Shown here piece after piece: positions 1 through 8,691 of a stretch of 64,000 bases of DNA. The first letter of the stretch is position 1, and each line of letters begins with the position of its first letter. This stretch comes from Deltaproteobacteria bacterium (GTDB lineage: Bacteria > DRYD01): positions 28,170 through 92,169 of the forward strand of contig JAPYWL010000002.1 of NCBI GenBank assembly GCA_028276365.1, given 5' to 3'. The translations under genes were made by a program, and so were the position numbers. Under the pieces are notes generated by a model that saw only the letters and a list, made by a program, of their open reading frames with translations, was not told the origin of the DNA and made no database searches.

Positions 1-2
1 TA

Positions 3-668
3 AATACTAATAGTAATTCCTCATTAACTAATAAAGTTAGTGATATATTAGCTTACACTCAAGATGGAGTAAGTAGCTTAACAGAAACAGCACAAACTTT
101 TGTAGAAAATAATCCTGCTTTTATATTCCAAAAAACAGCAGAGCAATTAAAAAGTTCCATAGTTAGCGGGATATATAGCACTTTTAGTGAAGTAGTAGAT
201 AAGGTTTTATTAGGTGCTTTTAGAGGTGTTACTTTAGCATTTGATGCTTGGCAATTTATTAAAAAACTAAAAGAAAAACAAAATCTAAAACAAGAATTAG
301 AAAAACTAAATACTTTAATAAATCAAACTAATCTTGATAAATCAAACAAAACAGAATTAGAACAAAAAATAAATAAACTACTCAATGATATTGATGAAAA
401 TAAACTTGATTTAGGTGTAAATGCTGGTAGATTGATAACAGATTTATTAGGAGTAGTAGGATCAATAGCTGCATTAGGATTTTTAGGAGGAGCATTAGCT
501 GCTGCTGCACCATATCTAATTGGAACCGCTTTAGTAGGAGATATCGCAGGAATATCCTATTATGCCTATAAAGCTATTAAAAACGGGGTTAATTCTTTCC
601 AACAAAAATTAGCCCAACGAAGAGAACTTGAACTAAAACAAAAAGAAGCTCAAATCAAAAATACTTAA
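3..668 (+). CDS. hypothetical protein, 3' portion (5' end outside window); coiled-coil region followed by Gly/Ala-rich hydrophobic C-terminal segment
   Basis: Frame is open from base 3 to TAA at 666-668; translation ...KQELEKLNTLINQ...LLGVVGSIAALGFLGGALAAAAPYLIGTALVGDIAGI (glycine-zipper-like TM). ORF track lists only the internal Met at 432. Confidence 0.5.
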   Translation, partial: NTNSNSSLTNKVSDILAYTQDGVSSLTETAQTFVENNPAFIFQKTAEQLKSSIVSGIYSTFSEVVDKVLLGAFRGVTLAFDAWQFIKKLKEKQNLKQELEKLNTLINQTNLDKSNKTELEQKINKLLNDIDENKLDLGVNAGRLITDLLGVVGSIAALGFLGGALAAAAPYLIGTALVGDIAGISYYAYKAIKNGVNSFQQKLAQRRELELKQKEAQIKNT

Positions 669-693
669 TAAAAATTTATATAAAAATAAAATA

Positions 694-714
694 AAGGGGG
701 CTTTTAGCCCCCTT
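694..714. terminator. bidirectional rho-independent terminator hairpin (AAGGGGGC-TTTTA-GCCCCCTT) between convergent genes
   Basis: Perfect 8-bp GC-rich inverted repeat with 5-nt loop; T-rich run follows on the minus strand, A/T-rich on plus. Confidence 0.7.
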
Positions 715-757
715 CTAAATTTATATTCGTTTTTCAATTTTTAATTTCATTAAATAA

Positions 758-1432
758 CTATATTTTAAATTTTAAACCTACACCAAATCTCGTATAATCT
801 ATATTACTATTATTATCCAATGAATTAAATCTATTAGAAAGTACATTTAAGTAAGCTTGAAGCTTAGGATTTATAGTATACCTAAAAGCTCCTCCTATCT
901 CAAATAAACTATAATCAGGTATATTTGAACTATCTAAAGTAGGATAGTAATTTAAATTTAAATCAATACCATACTTATCTTTATTAAACTCATAACTTAA
1001 CCCTACACCTAATCCACTCCAAGTATCACTATCACTTAAATTTCCCCATTCACTACTTAGTTTAAATGATTTTAAATTAGTATTAAAATATAATTTGGAA
1101 TTAACTTGTTCTAACAATATGTAAGATAATCTTACATTTAAATCATTAATCTTTACTTTAAAATCGAAATTACCTACCTGCTCAGAATCTTGACCAAATA
1201 GATAACTTAAACTAATTTTATATTTATCTACTTTATATTCTAAATTCAAGCAAGGAGCAAAAAAATTAAAAGTTGATGTATTAAATTTTAAATTAACAGC
1301 ATTAAAATCTATTGAAGGTTCAAATACTCCTTTATTATTAACCTCTTCCGCTTTAGAGTTAGTTAACAATCCAAAAATTAAAAGTAAAAATATTATAATT
1401 ATATTTAGATATCTATAGAAAAACTTCAGCAT
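758..1432 (-). CDS. putative outer-membrane beta-barrel protein (signal peptide, alternating amphipathic strands, aromatic C-terminus)
   Basis: N-terminal hydrophobic signal (IIIIFLLLIFGLL...SKA|EE); alternating hydrophobic/polar pattern; C-terminal ...RFGVGLKFKI typical of porin-like barrels. Confidence 0.5.
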   Translation of the reverse strand: MLKFFYRYLNIIIIFLLLIFGLLTNSKAEEVNNKGVFEPSIDFNAVNLKFNTSTFNFFAPCLNLEYKVDKYKISLSYLFGQDSEQVGNFDFKVKINDLNVRLSYILLEQVNSKLYFNTNLKSFKLSSEWGNLSDSDTWSGLGVGLSYEFNKDKYGIDLNLNYYPTLDSSNIPDYSLFEIGGAFRYTINPKLQAYLNVLSNRFNSLDNNSNIDYTRFGVGLKFKI

Positions 1433-1472
1433 ACTCTACCAACTCCTTTTATCAATTTTTTATCGCTAATTT

Positions 1473-2534
1473 TTACCTATGACTTCTGTTTCCTCTTATA
1501 CTATTAACAAAATTCATAAACTCTTGGATTGTATTAGTTCTATAGAAATATCTAAAATTAGTAGATCTTGGTTGCTTATTCTTTACATTTTGATTTCGAT
1601 TAGTTCTTAAATTAGGATTAAAAACATTTAGAACTAAATCATTAATAGCAACATTACCAGTATATATATCATAATTATTTCTGGATGAATTATACTTAAA
1701 GTAAACATAATAAGCTTGTGTAGAAATAGAAGGAATAGAAGGGAAGAAAGCAGAATAAACAGAGAAATAGGGATTAGCTCCACCTGCAAGCAATCCAATA
1801 AATGATCCACTACCATTAACTGCCCCATCATCACCATTACTATCATCATTATTTACATCTTCCATTTTAGCATAAGTAAATTGTATATCATTAGTACCTT
1901 CAAATAATATAGTCTGAAAAACTAATTTATTATCCTCGTTTGTAATATCACTAGCAAAGTATTGAACAATAAATTTCCTATTAGGAGCACTACCTACTAC
2001 TTCATACCAAGCCCCAGAACCTGAATAAGAATCCATTACCAAATCACTCCAAAATGGAGCAATCAATGAATTATATGGACCATAACTATCACCAACTAAG
2101 ACATCATCTATATCATATGCAGGATCATAACTATCAAAATCATCACTATCTATATCACTATCAAAAGAAAACCAACCGTTAGTACAAAAAACAATATCAC
2201 TACCAGCATTGAAAGTATTACCAAATAAAGAAAAATTGAAAGGTAAAACACCACTAGCTAAATACAATCCATCATCAGTACCATCAAAATCATTATTAGG
2301 ATCTATAAAAGTAGCATCAGGATTATTAGACAAATCATCAAAAGGAACAGGAGTAATATTAGCACTACCTCCACCACTGCCACTACCTCCACTATTACCT
2401 ATTAAAATATTATTTAATCCTCCTACACTACTACCTCCTCCACAACTAACAACAACAAATAAAGCAACTACTGATAATACTACCCCTAAAAATAATAACC
2501 TTATTTTCATTATTACACTTAGTTTATTGTTCAT
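1473..2534 (-). CDS. glycine/Asp-rich putative surface lipoprotein (paralog of 5011..5358)
   Basis: Signal peptide + lipobox-like VVSC followed by GGGSSVGG...GNSGGSGSGGGS; strong RBS AGGAGGT 8 nt upstream of ATG; Asp-rich repeats downstream. Confidence 0.6.
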   Translation of the reverse strand: MNNKLSVIMKIRLLFLGVVLSVVALFVVVSCGGGSSVGGLNNILIGNSGGSGSGGGSANITPVPFDDLSNNPDATFIDPNNDFDGTDDGLYLASGVLPFNFSLFGNTFNAGSDIVFCTNGWFSFDSDIDSDDFDSYDPAYDIDDVLVGDSYGPYNSLIAPFWSDLVMDSYSGSGAWYEVVGSAPNRKFIVQYFASDITNEDNKLVFQTILFEGTNDIQFTYAKMEDVNNDDSNGDDGAVNGSGSFIGLLAGGANPYFSVYSAFFPSIPSISTQAYYVYFKYNSSRNNYDIYTGNVAINDLVLNVFNPNLRTNRNQNVKNKQPRSTNFRYFYRTNTIQEFMNFVNSIRGNRSHR

Positions 2535-2656
2535 AATAAACTACCTCCTTTTTTATTAGTTTTTTATTTTATCAATTTTTTATTTTGTTTTAATATCCTC
2601 ATTTTTTTAAGCTCATACAACATCACCTCCTTTATTTAAAAATTATATTTACTAAT

Positions 2657-2700
2657 ATTATTAATTCAAAAAAAAAAAAAAAAATCCTGCTAAAAAATTC
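2657..2700 (-). promoter_or_regulatory. promoter region copy 1 with poly(T)17 tract (A17 on plus at 2668..2684) adjacent to conserved TTTTAGCAGGA motif
   Basis: Same ~28-bp element (A16-17 + TCCTGCTAAAA on plus) recurs upstream of the paralogous lipoprotein gene at 5400..5428. Confidence 0.5.
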
Positions 2701-2777
2701 AATTAAAATTTTTTAATTTTATTTTAATATTTTTAAAATTAGGCAAAAATGATTTATAATTTTGCGAGCTTTTAACT

Positions 2778-3257
2778 TTATTTTTTTAATTGAATTTTCA
2801 TAATTAGAGCATCTTCTTTGTTAAAATAGTAATTTTTTCTTATATTTATTTCTTTATAACCAATTTTTTTATACAAATTAATAGCTTTATGATTATTAAT
2901 ATTAACTTCTAAGTAATTTTGTTTAACTTCAAATAAAGTTAAATAAGTTAAATGTAATCCAAGTAATAATTTTCCAAAACCTAAATTTTGATAATCCTTA
3001 GAAATAGCAATTTTATATAATTCACTTTCAACATTAGAGATAAAAGATAAACAAAAACCTATAACTGAATTATTATACTTTAAAACTGAAAATATATAAT
3101 TCTTAGATAAAATATAAAATAAAAAATCTTGCTTATCCCACCTATAAAAAAAATCAAAATTTTGATTATCTATTAAACATATTTCTTCTAAATCTTTTTT
3201 AGTTAAATTAAATGCACTTAAATTAGAAAAAATAACCATTAAAAATCCTTTTATCAA
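2778..3257 (-). CDS. GNAT family N-acetyltransferase (RimI-like)
   Basis: 159 aa; acetyl-CoA binding-like segment ...YQNLGFGKLLLGLHLTYL... and C-terminal ...INLYKKIGYKEI typical of GNAT fold. Confidence 0.6.
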   Translation of the reverse strand: MIKGFLMVIFSNLSAFNLTKKDLEEICLIDNQNFDFFYRWDKQDFLFYILSKNYIFSVLKYNNSVIGFCLSFISNVESELYKIAISKDYQNLGFGKLLLGLHLTYLTLFEVKQNYLEVNINNHKAINLYKKIGYKEINIRKNYYFNKEDALIMKIQLKK

Positions 3258-3320
3258 TTAATCTCCTTCTTACATTAGTTTTAGATTCTTTGAAAATTAA
3301 GATATTTTTAAAATATTTCT

Positions 3321-3500
3321 TTATTTTACCTTCTTATATTCAAAATTCACTATTTGTTTTTTAGTTTTATCAAGTTCTATCCCTATTATGTAGATCTTAT
3401 CATAATTTAAATATTTTTTATAATATTCTTTTTCTTTTATTTGTTTTAAAGCTTTCCCTTTTTCTTTCTCATCTTTTAGCACTTTGAATTCTATTATATA
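3321..3500. repeat. 3'-terminal segment of AAA-ATPase gene, near-identical to 5501..5680
   Basis: Direct comparison of the two nucleotide stretches shows >90% identity (e.g. gttttatcaagttctat[c/t]cctattatgtagat[c/t]ttatcataat...). Confidence 0.7.
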
Positions 3501-4844
3501 CGCTATGCTCTTATTTAACAATATTGTTAAATCTATTCTCCCTTTTGAAGTGTTATCTTCTATTATTACATTAAAACCTGTAGAATATATTAATCCATAA
3601 ATTGCTGCTTGATATACATACTCATTTCTAAGTATATTATAACTTATTGAATTAATAAAAATTTCTATTTGTTCCTTTATTTTTTCTATTTCCTCATTTA
3701 TTATTGCTATCTTTAAATTATATATTCTATCTGTATGATAGCTCTTAGTTATATAGAATACTAAATCTCTGTTAAACGATTGTCTTACTTCTTTATTTGG
3801 ATAATCCAAAAGATACATCTCTTCCGATTCTATTGTTTTTACTTCTTTTATTGTTAAATATCCAGTTTGAAACATTAGCGCTTCTATGCTTATATGCTCT
3901 ATATCAAATTTATCTAATATATCACTGGTATAATATAATTTATTTAGATAAGGAAGCTCATAGTTTCTAGTTTTTAAAAGCTTAAATAAGAATTCACTCT
4001 TTCCTGTTTCATACCAATAATTCCTCAATACTTTATTTTTCAAATATAACAACATATCAAAAGGATTATAAAGTGTATCTTGTAAGAAATAATATCCATT
4101 ATACCATTCTTTAATTTCTTCTAAATTTAGATTATCTAAATAGTCTTTAAAATATAATTCTAATTCTTTTTGAGTATAACCGCATATATTTCCATATTCT
4201 TTATTTAGTGAGATATCTTCTAACTGATTTAATCCACTAAATAGAGATACTTTTGAGAATTTACTTACCCCTGTTATTAAGACAAACCTTATATATTTAT
4301 CTAAGCCTTTTAGAACAGAATAGAATGCTTTTAGCTGTTTTCTAATATTTTGAGCTTGTTTGATATATTCTATTAGATCTAGTATAGGCTTATCATATTC
4401 ATCTACCAATACTACTACTTGCTTTCCATAGCTTTTATATATAGTTATTATCAACTTTTCAAATAAGCTTATCTCATCTTCTCCTTTTTCCAACATCTCT
4501 ATTCCATTATTAATATAGTTCTTTTCCAGTTCTTGTATTACCCTTTTTTTATAGTCTTCTTTTTTTAGTATATCTTTTGAAAAATCTATTCTTATTACTG
4601 GATAAACCTCTTCCCAATTAAATTTATCTTGTATATATAAACCTTTAAATAATTCTTCTTCTCCTTTAAATAGATATTCGAGTGTAGAAATTAGTAAAGA
4701 TTTCCCAAAACGTCTTGGCCTACTTAAAAAGTAATATTTCCCACTATTTATTAATTTATAAATATACTCTGTTTTATCCACATATATATAATTTCCTTGA
4801 ATTAATTCCTTAAAATCACTTATCCCTACACTTAACTTCTTCAT
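3321..4844 (-). CDS. AAA-ATPase-like (DUF1703) protein with C-terminal PD-(D/E)xK nuclease-like domain, copy 1
   Basis: N-terminal ...YVDKTEYIYKLINSGKYYFLSRPRRFGKSLLISTLEYLF... signature of the AAA-ATPase_like/PDDEXK_9 family; 507 aa. Confidence 0.75.
   Translation of the reverse strand: MKKLSVGISDFKELIQGNYIYVDKTEYIYKLINSGKYYFLSRPRRFGKSLLISTLEYLFKGEEELFKGLYIQDKFNWEEVYPVIRIDFSKDILKKEDYKKRVIQELEKNYINNGIEMLEKGEDEISLFEKLIITIYKSYGKQVVVLVDEYDKPILDLIEYIKQAQNIRKQLKAFYSVLKGLDKYIRFVLITGVSKFSKVSLFSGLNQLEDISLNKEYGNICGYTQKELELYFKDYLDNLNLEEIKEWYNGYYFLQDTLYNPFDMLLYLKNKVLRNYWYETGKSEFLFKLLKTRNYELPYLNKLYYTSDILDKFDIEHISIEALMFQTGYLTIKEVKTIESEEMYLLDYPNKEVRQSFNRDLVFYITKSYHTDRIYNLKIAIINEEIEKIKEQIEIFINSISYNILRNEYVYQAAIYGLIYSTGFNVIIEDNTSKGRIDLTILLNKSIAYIIEFKVLKDEKEKGKALKQIKEKEYYKKYLNYDKIYIIGIELDKTKKQIVNFEYKKVK
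4040..4320. repeat. internal segment of AAA-ATPase gene, ~90-95% identical to 6225..6500 (includes a 73-bp perfect match 4058..4130 = 6241..6313)
   Basis: caaaaggattataaagtgtatcttgtaagaaataatatccattataccattctttaatttcttctaaatttag is identical in both copies. Confidence 0.75.
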
Positions 4845-4939
4845 CTTTCTACACCTCTAAAAATAAATTTCCTAATTTAGTATTATATTTTTTGTTTTGA
4901 CTTTCCTATTTTTAAAGATTTCAACATTTAGAATAATTA

Positions 4940-4978
4940 ATAAAAAATAAAAAGGGGCAGTTTTAATACTACCCCCTA
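4940..4978 (-). terminator. rho-independent terminator downstream of lipoprotein gene 5011..5358
   Basis: Minus strand reads GGGGGTAGT-ATTAAA-ACTGCCCC followed by TTTTTATTTTTT. Confidence 0.55.
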
Positions 4979-5010
4979 CATCTTTTTCTTTCTTTTATTT
5001 AATCTACTTC

Positions 5011-5358
5011 CTACCTATACTTCCATATCACCATATCTTTATTACTACCATTCCAACTAAAACCGGTTACATATATCTTACCAGTATTATCTACATAGAT
5101 TGAATTACCTATATCATAACCATTACCGCCCGCTGCATTATTATGTACTACATACCCTGTACCATTAAAAGAAGTATCTAATACTCCTATTGCTGGGCTA
5201 TATTCACTTCCACCTCCAGATCCACTACCTCCACCAGAACTCCCATTTCCTATTAAATTGTTAAAACTATTATTACATCCGCTGCTTCCTCCTATACATC
5301 CTGTCATCATTGATATCATTATATATGCTACTATTATCCATAATATCCATTTTCTCAT
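5011..5358 (-). CDS. short glycine-rich putative lipoprotein with one delta-60/SBBP-like beta-propeller repeat (paralog of 1473..2534)
   Basis: MMTGC lipobox-like; NNLIGNGSSGGGSGSGGGS shared with copy 1; C-terminal DTSFNGTGYVV...DNTGKIYVTGFSWNGSNKDMVIW resembles delta-60 repeat; RBS AAGGAGGTG. Confidence 0.55.
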   Translation of the reverse strand: MRKWILWIIVAYIMISMMTGCIGGSSGCNNSFNNLIGNGSSGGGSGSGGGSEYSPAIGVLDTSFNGTGYVVHNNAAGGNGYDIGNSIYVDNTGKIYVTGFSWNGSNKDMVIWKYR

Positions 5359-5392
5359 TTTTTCACCTCCTTATTAGATTGATTAATATATT

Positions 5393-5428
5393 ATTTTAGA
5401 AAAAAAAAAAAAAAATCCTGCTAAAATT
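5393..5428 (-). promoter_or_regulatory. promoter region copy 2: -10 TAAAAT (plus 5393..5398) immediately preceded by poly(T)16 (A16 on plus 5400..5415) and TTTTAGCAGGA
   Basis: TAAAAT lies 35 bp upstream of the ATG at 5358. The homopolymer directly abuts it, so tract length sets the spacing to the upstream element. Confidence 0.5.
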
Positions 5429-5500
5429 TCTTTAATTTTAATATCTGTAAACATGGTTTTAAAACTCTTTTAAGCTTAAATTCCTTAAATATTTTTTTCT

Positions 5501-5680
5501 TTATTTAATTTGTTGATATTCAAAATTAACAATTTGTTTTTTTGTTTTATCAAGTTCTATTCCTATTATGTAGATTTTATCATAATCTAAATATTTTTTG
5601 TAATATTCTTTTTCTTTTATTTGTTTTAAAGCTTTTCCCTTCTCTTTTTCATTTTCTATTACCTTAAATTCAAGAATATA
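5501..5680. repeat. 3'-terminal segment of AAA-ATPase gene copy 2, near-identical to 3321..3500
   Basis: See 3321..3500. Confidence 0.7.
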
Positions 5681-7030
5681 AACAATAGAATTATTAACTA
5701 TAACAGTTAAATCAATTCTACCTTTAGAAGTATTATCTTCTGTTATTACATTTAAACCAGTAGAATAAAGCAAAACAAAAACAGCTAATACATAACTTGC
5801 TTCATTTCCTAAATACATATAACTTATATTGCTTATTAATATTTCCAGTTTTTCTTTTAGTTTTTTTATCTCTTCTTTTTTTAATATTGTTATTATTTCA
5901 TCTACTAGTTTATATCTTACCTCTTCTTTTATTGTAAATTCTAATATGTTTTCATTAAATGAGATTTTTACTTCTTTATTAGGGAAGCCCAGTTTATATT
6001 CTTGTCCATATTCCTTTTTATAAACTTCCTTAATAGTTAAATAACCAGTTTGAAACATTAATGCTTCTATCTTTATTTCTTCTATATCAAATTTTTCTAA
6101 GATGTTTTCTCTTAGTATAATATTATCTAATTTAGTTATATCATATTTTTGTTGCTTTATTAGTTTTATTAGAAAAGTTGGTGTACCTGTTTTGTACCAA
6201 TAACTCCTAAATTCTCTATTCTTTAAATATAACAATATGTCAAAAGGATTATAAAGTGTATCTTGTAAGAAATAATATCCATTATACCATTCTTTAATTT
6301 CTTCTAAATTTAGTTTTTCTAAATAGTCTTTAAAATACAATTCTAATTCTTTTTGAGTATAACCACATATATTCCCATATTCTTTATTAAAGGAAATATC
6401 TTCTAATTGATTTAATCCACTAAATAATGACACTTTTGAAAATTTGCTTACCCCTGTTATTAGCATAAACCTTATGTATTTATCTAAGCCTTTTAGAGTT
6501 GTATAAAATCCTTTTAATGTTTCTCTTATTTTTTCTACCTCTTTTTTCTTTTCTATATTATCTAGTATCGGTTTATCATACTCGTCTATTAATATTATCA
6601 TCTGTTTTTTACTTACTTCGTAAATCTTTTCTATTAATAACCTTAAATTCCTATTTATTGTATATTCTTCATTGTATTCATAACTATATACTTTCCCTGT
6701 TTCAATTATTATTGCTTTTAGCTCCTTTTCCAATTCCCTTCCGTTTCTTACCTGTGTATCTCCAAAATCTATCCTTATTACTGGATACTTCTCTTCCCAA
6801 TTCCATTTATCGTAGATATATAAGTTTTTAAATATTTCTTTTTCTCCTCTAGATAAATATTCTACTGTTGAAATTAATAAAGATTTTCCAAAACGTCTAG
6901 GACGGCTTAAAAAGTAATATCCTCCACCTTCTGTTATTAATTTATATATGTACTGAGTTTTATCTACATATATAAAATTTTCTTCCCTTAGTTTTTTGAA
7001 ATCACTTATTCCTATTGGTAATTTTCTCAT
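5501..7030 (-). CDS. AAA-ATPase-like (DUF1703) protein with C-terminal PD-(D/E)xK nuclease-like domain, copy 2
   Basis: 509 aa; ...YVDKTQYIYKLITEGGGYYFLSRPRRFGKSLLISTVEYL...; central ~80 aa and C-terminal ~45 aa nearly identical to copy 1. Confidence 0.75.
   Translation of the reverse strand: MRKLPIGISDFKKLREENFIYVDKTQYIYKLITEGGGYYFLSRPRRFGKSLLISTVEYLSRGEKEIFKNLYIYDKWNWEEKYPVIRIDFGDTQVRNGRELEKELKAIIIETGKVYSYEYNEEYTINRNLRLLIEKIYEVSKKQMIILIDEYDKPILDNIEKKKEVEKIRETLKGFYTTLKGLDKYIRFMLITGVSKFSKVSLFSGLNQLEDISFNKEYGNICGYTQKELELYFKDYLEKLNLEEIKEWYNGYYFLQDTLYNPFDILLYLKNREFRSYWYKTGTPTFLIKLIKQQKYDITKLDNIILRENILEKFDIEEIKIEALMFQTGYLTIKEVYKKEYGQEYKLGFPNKEVKISFNENILEFTIKEEVRYKLVDEIITILKKEEIKKLKEKLEILISNISYMYLGNEASYVLAVFVLLYSTGLNVITEDNTSKGRIDLTVIVNNSIVYILEFKVIENEKEKGKALKQIKEKEYYKKYLDYDKIYIIGIELDKTKKQIVNFEYQQIK
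6225..6500. repeat. internal segment of AAA-ATPase gene copy 2, near-identical to 4040..4320
   Basis: See 4040..4320. Confidence 0.75.
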
Positions 7031-7147
7031 CTTTTTTATCTTCTTTTTTTTTTATTTTTTTTAACATTTTATTTTTCTTGACACATTTTTTAACATTACT
7101 CTTATCTTTTTCATTTATTAAATAGATAGTTTTTTTAAATTTTTTAT

Positions 7148-7837
7148 TTAAATACCTTTAAAAGAAAATAAAGTTATATCTGAATTTAATTTTAATTCAG
7201 ATAATTCTAAACTTAACTTAGATTCATTTATTAATTTTTGTAGATCTAAAATAACATTAGGGTTTTGAGTAAAAATAATAAAACTAATTTTATTATAAAA
7301 GTCAGTTAATATTTTTAAAAAAGCACAATAAGAATAATAATCTAATCCTAAAAACGGTTCATCTATTAAAATCAATTCCTTAAAAGTAATTAATTCCCTT
7401 ATTATTAATATTTTTTGTTTATAACCAAATGATAATTCATTGATATTTTTACTTAAGTAATCTTTTTTTATACTAAAATAGCTAAAAAATAAATCAATAT
7501 ATTTATAAAATTCTTGGTTATTAAGCATTTGATTTCCCTTAGATAATTCAAAATAAAGTTTTAAATTTTGTAAAACAGTTAAATTATTATAGAAATTATG
7601 GAAATCTCTAATAAAGCCAATGCTATTTGTATTTATTTTAATAAAACCTTGATAAAAGTTATATATATAATTATAAAAGATTGCTTTAATTAGAGTAGTT
7701 TTTCCACTACCATTTTTACCAATAACAAAATTAATACTTTTACTAAAAATACTAAAAGAAACATCCTTAAAAATATAATCTTCTTCTTTTTTATACCTAA
7801 AGGAAAAATTATTAAAAATTAATAAACTTTTAAGCAT
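7148..7837 (-). CDS. small ABC-type ATPase-like protein (no adjacent permease)
   Basis: Walker A GKNGSGKTT, ABC signature-like LSFGYKQK, Walker B LILIDEP; 229 aa. Confidence 0.6.
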   Translation of the reverse strand: MLKSLLIFNNFSFRYKKEEDYIFKDVSFSIFSKSINFVIGKNGSGKTTLIKAIFYNYIYNFYQGFIKINTNSIGFIRDFHNFYNNLTVLQNLKLYFELSKGNQMLNNQEFYKYIDLFFSYFSIKKDYLSKNINELSFGYKQKILIIRELITFKELILIDEPFLGLDYYSYCAFLKILTDFYNKISFIIFTQNPNVILDLQKLINESKLSLELSELKLNSDITLFSFKGI

Positions 7838-7862
7838 CCAAGATTAAAGAACTTCTTTATTT

Positions 7863-8636
7863 TTAATTTTTAATTTTTTTAGCAAAAGTTAAAAATATGG
7901 AATGATTTAAATATTTTTCATAAGGTCGAGAACCTACTTCCCTAATTAACCATTCTCTTTCTATTAATTCATAAGTTCTAAAATAAACAAATCCTGATTT
8001 AGCAAATATTTCCCGTGATTGCTTAACTTGCTCTATATTAGGTACCAAAAATACCAAATCTCCTCCATCTTTCAAAACACTTACTATTAAATCCAAATAA
8101 ATATAAGGTTCAGGTAAATCTATTATAATAGCATCAAAATAATTTTTACTCTTTATAGGTAATTTATTTAATTTATTTTCAATTAGTAAGGTTAATACAT
8201 AATCAATATCTCCATATTTTTTTATATTGCTTACTGAGTTCTTAAGATTTTTAAAGTTTATATCAATAGATAATATTGCCTTATTAATAAAATGAGATAA
8301 AAATAAGGAAAAAGCCCCACTACCAGTACCTATTTCCAATACTTTAGAATTTTTATTTATAGAAGTATTAACTAAAATATGAGCTATATCTTTTGAATTA
8401 ATTGTATTAGTAGTCCTATTTATTTTTAAAATTATATCCTTATAAGTAGGCTTTAAAATATAATAAAATTTACCTTTAGTTGTAAAAACCTTTTGACCAT
8501 AATCTCTTAAATTATTAGTTAAATCATTATTTATTAATATTTTTCCTTTATGAGTAATTATAGAATCTAAATTAGTTATATCAGAAATTAATATTTTTGA
8601 TTCTACAGAGTTATACAACAAATATCCTTTTGACAT
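7863..8636 (-). CDS. SAM-dependent tRNA (adenine-N1)-methyltransferase, TrmI/Gcd14-like
   Basis: VLEIGTGSGAFSLFL SAM motif and IIIDLPEPY matching TrmI DLPxPW motif. Confidence 0.6.
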   Translation of the reverse strand: MSKGYLLYNSVESKILISDITNLDSIITHKGKILINNDLTNNLRDYGQKVFTTKGKFYYILKPTYKDIILKINRTTNTINSKDIAHILVNTSINKNSKVLEIGTGSGAFSLFLSHFINKAILSIDINFKNLKNSVSNIKKYGDIDYVLTLLIENKLNKLPIKSKNYFDAIIIDLPEPYIYLDLIVSVLKDGGDLVFLVPNIEQVKQSREIFAKSGFVYFRTYELIEREWLIREVGSRPYEKYLNHSIFLTFAKKIKN

Positions 8637-8691
8637 ATAAAACTAAACCTCTAAAAAACTAAAAATAACTTTAAAATAATTCAAAATAAAT

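Noticed and set aside
1634-2559. Short ORFs 1634..1849 (-) and 2209..2559 (+) inside/antisense to the lipoprotein gene
   Set aside because: Nested in or antisense to a gene with a strong RBS and signal peptide; compositionally biased translations (M/I/L-rich or P/L-rich).
5829-6831. Plus-strand ORFs 5829..6023 and 6499..6831 antisense to AAA-ATPase copy 2
   Set aside because: Antisense shadows of a well-supported gene; F/L/S-rich low-complexity.
7036-7062. T10/T8 homopolymer runs upstream of AAA-ATPase copy 2 (A-runs on its coding strand)
   Set aside because: Homopolymers of this length are common in intergenic DNA at this GC content; unlike the lipoprotein promoters, no conserved flanking element or paralogous comparison supports a switch.
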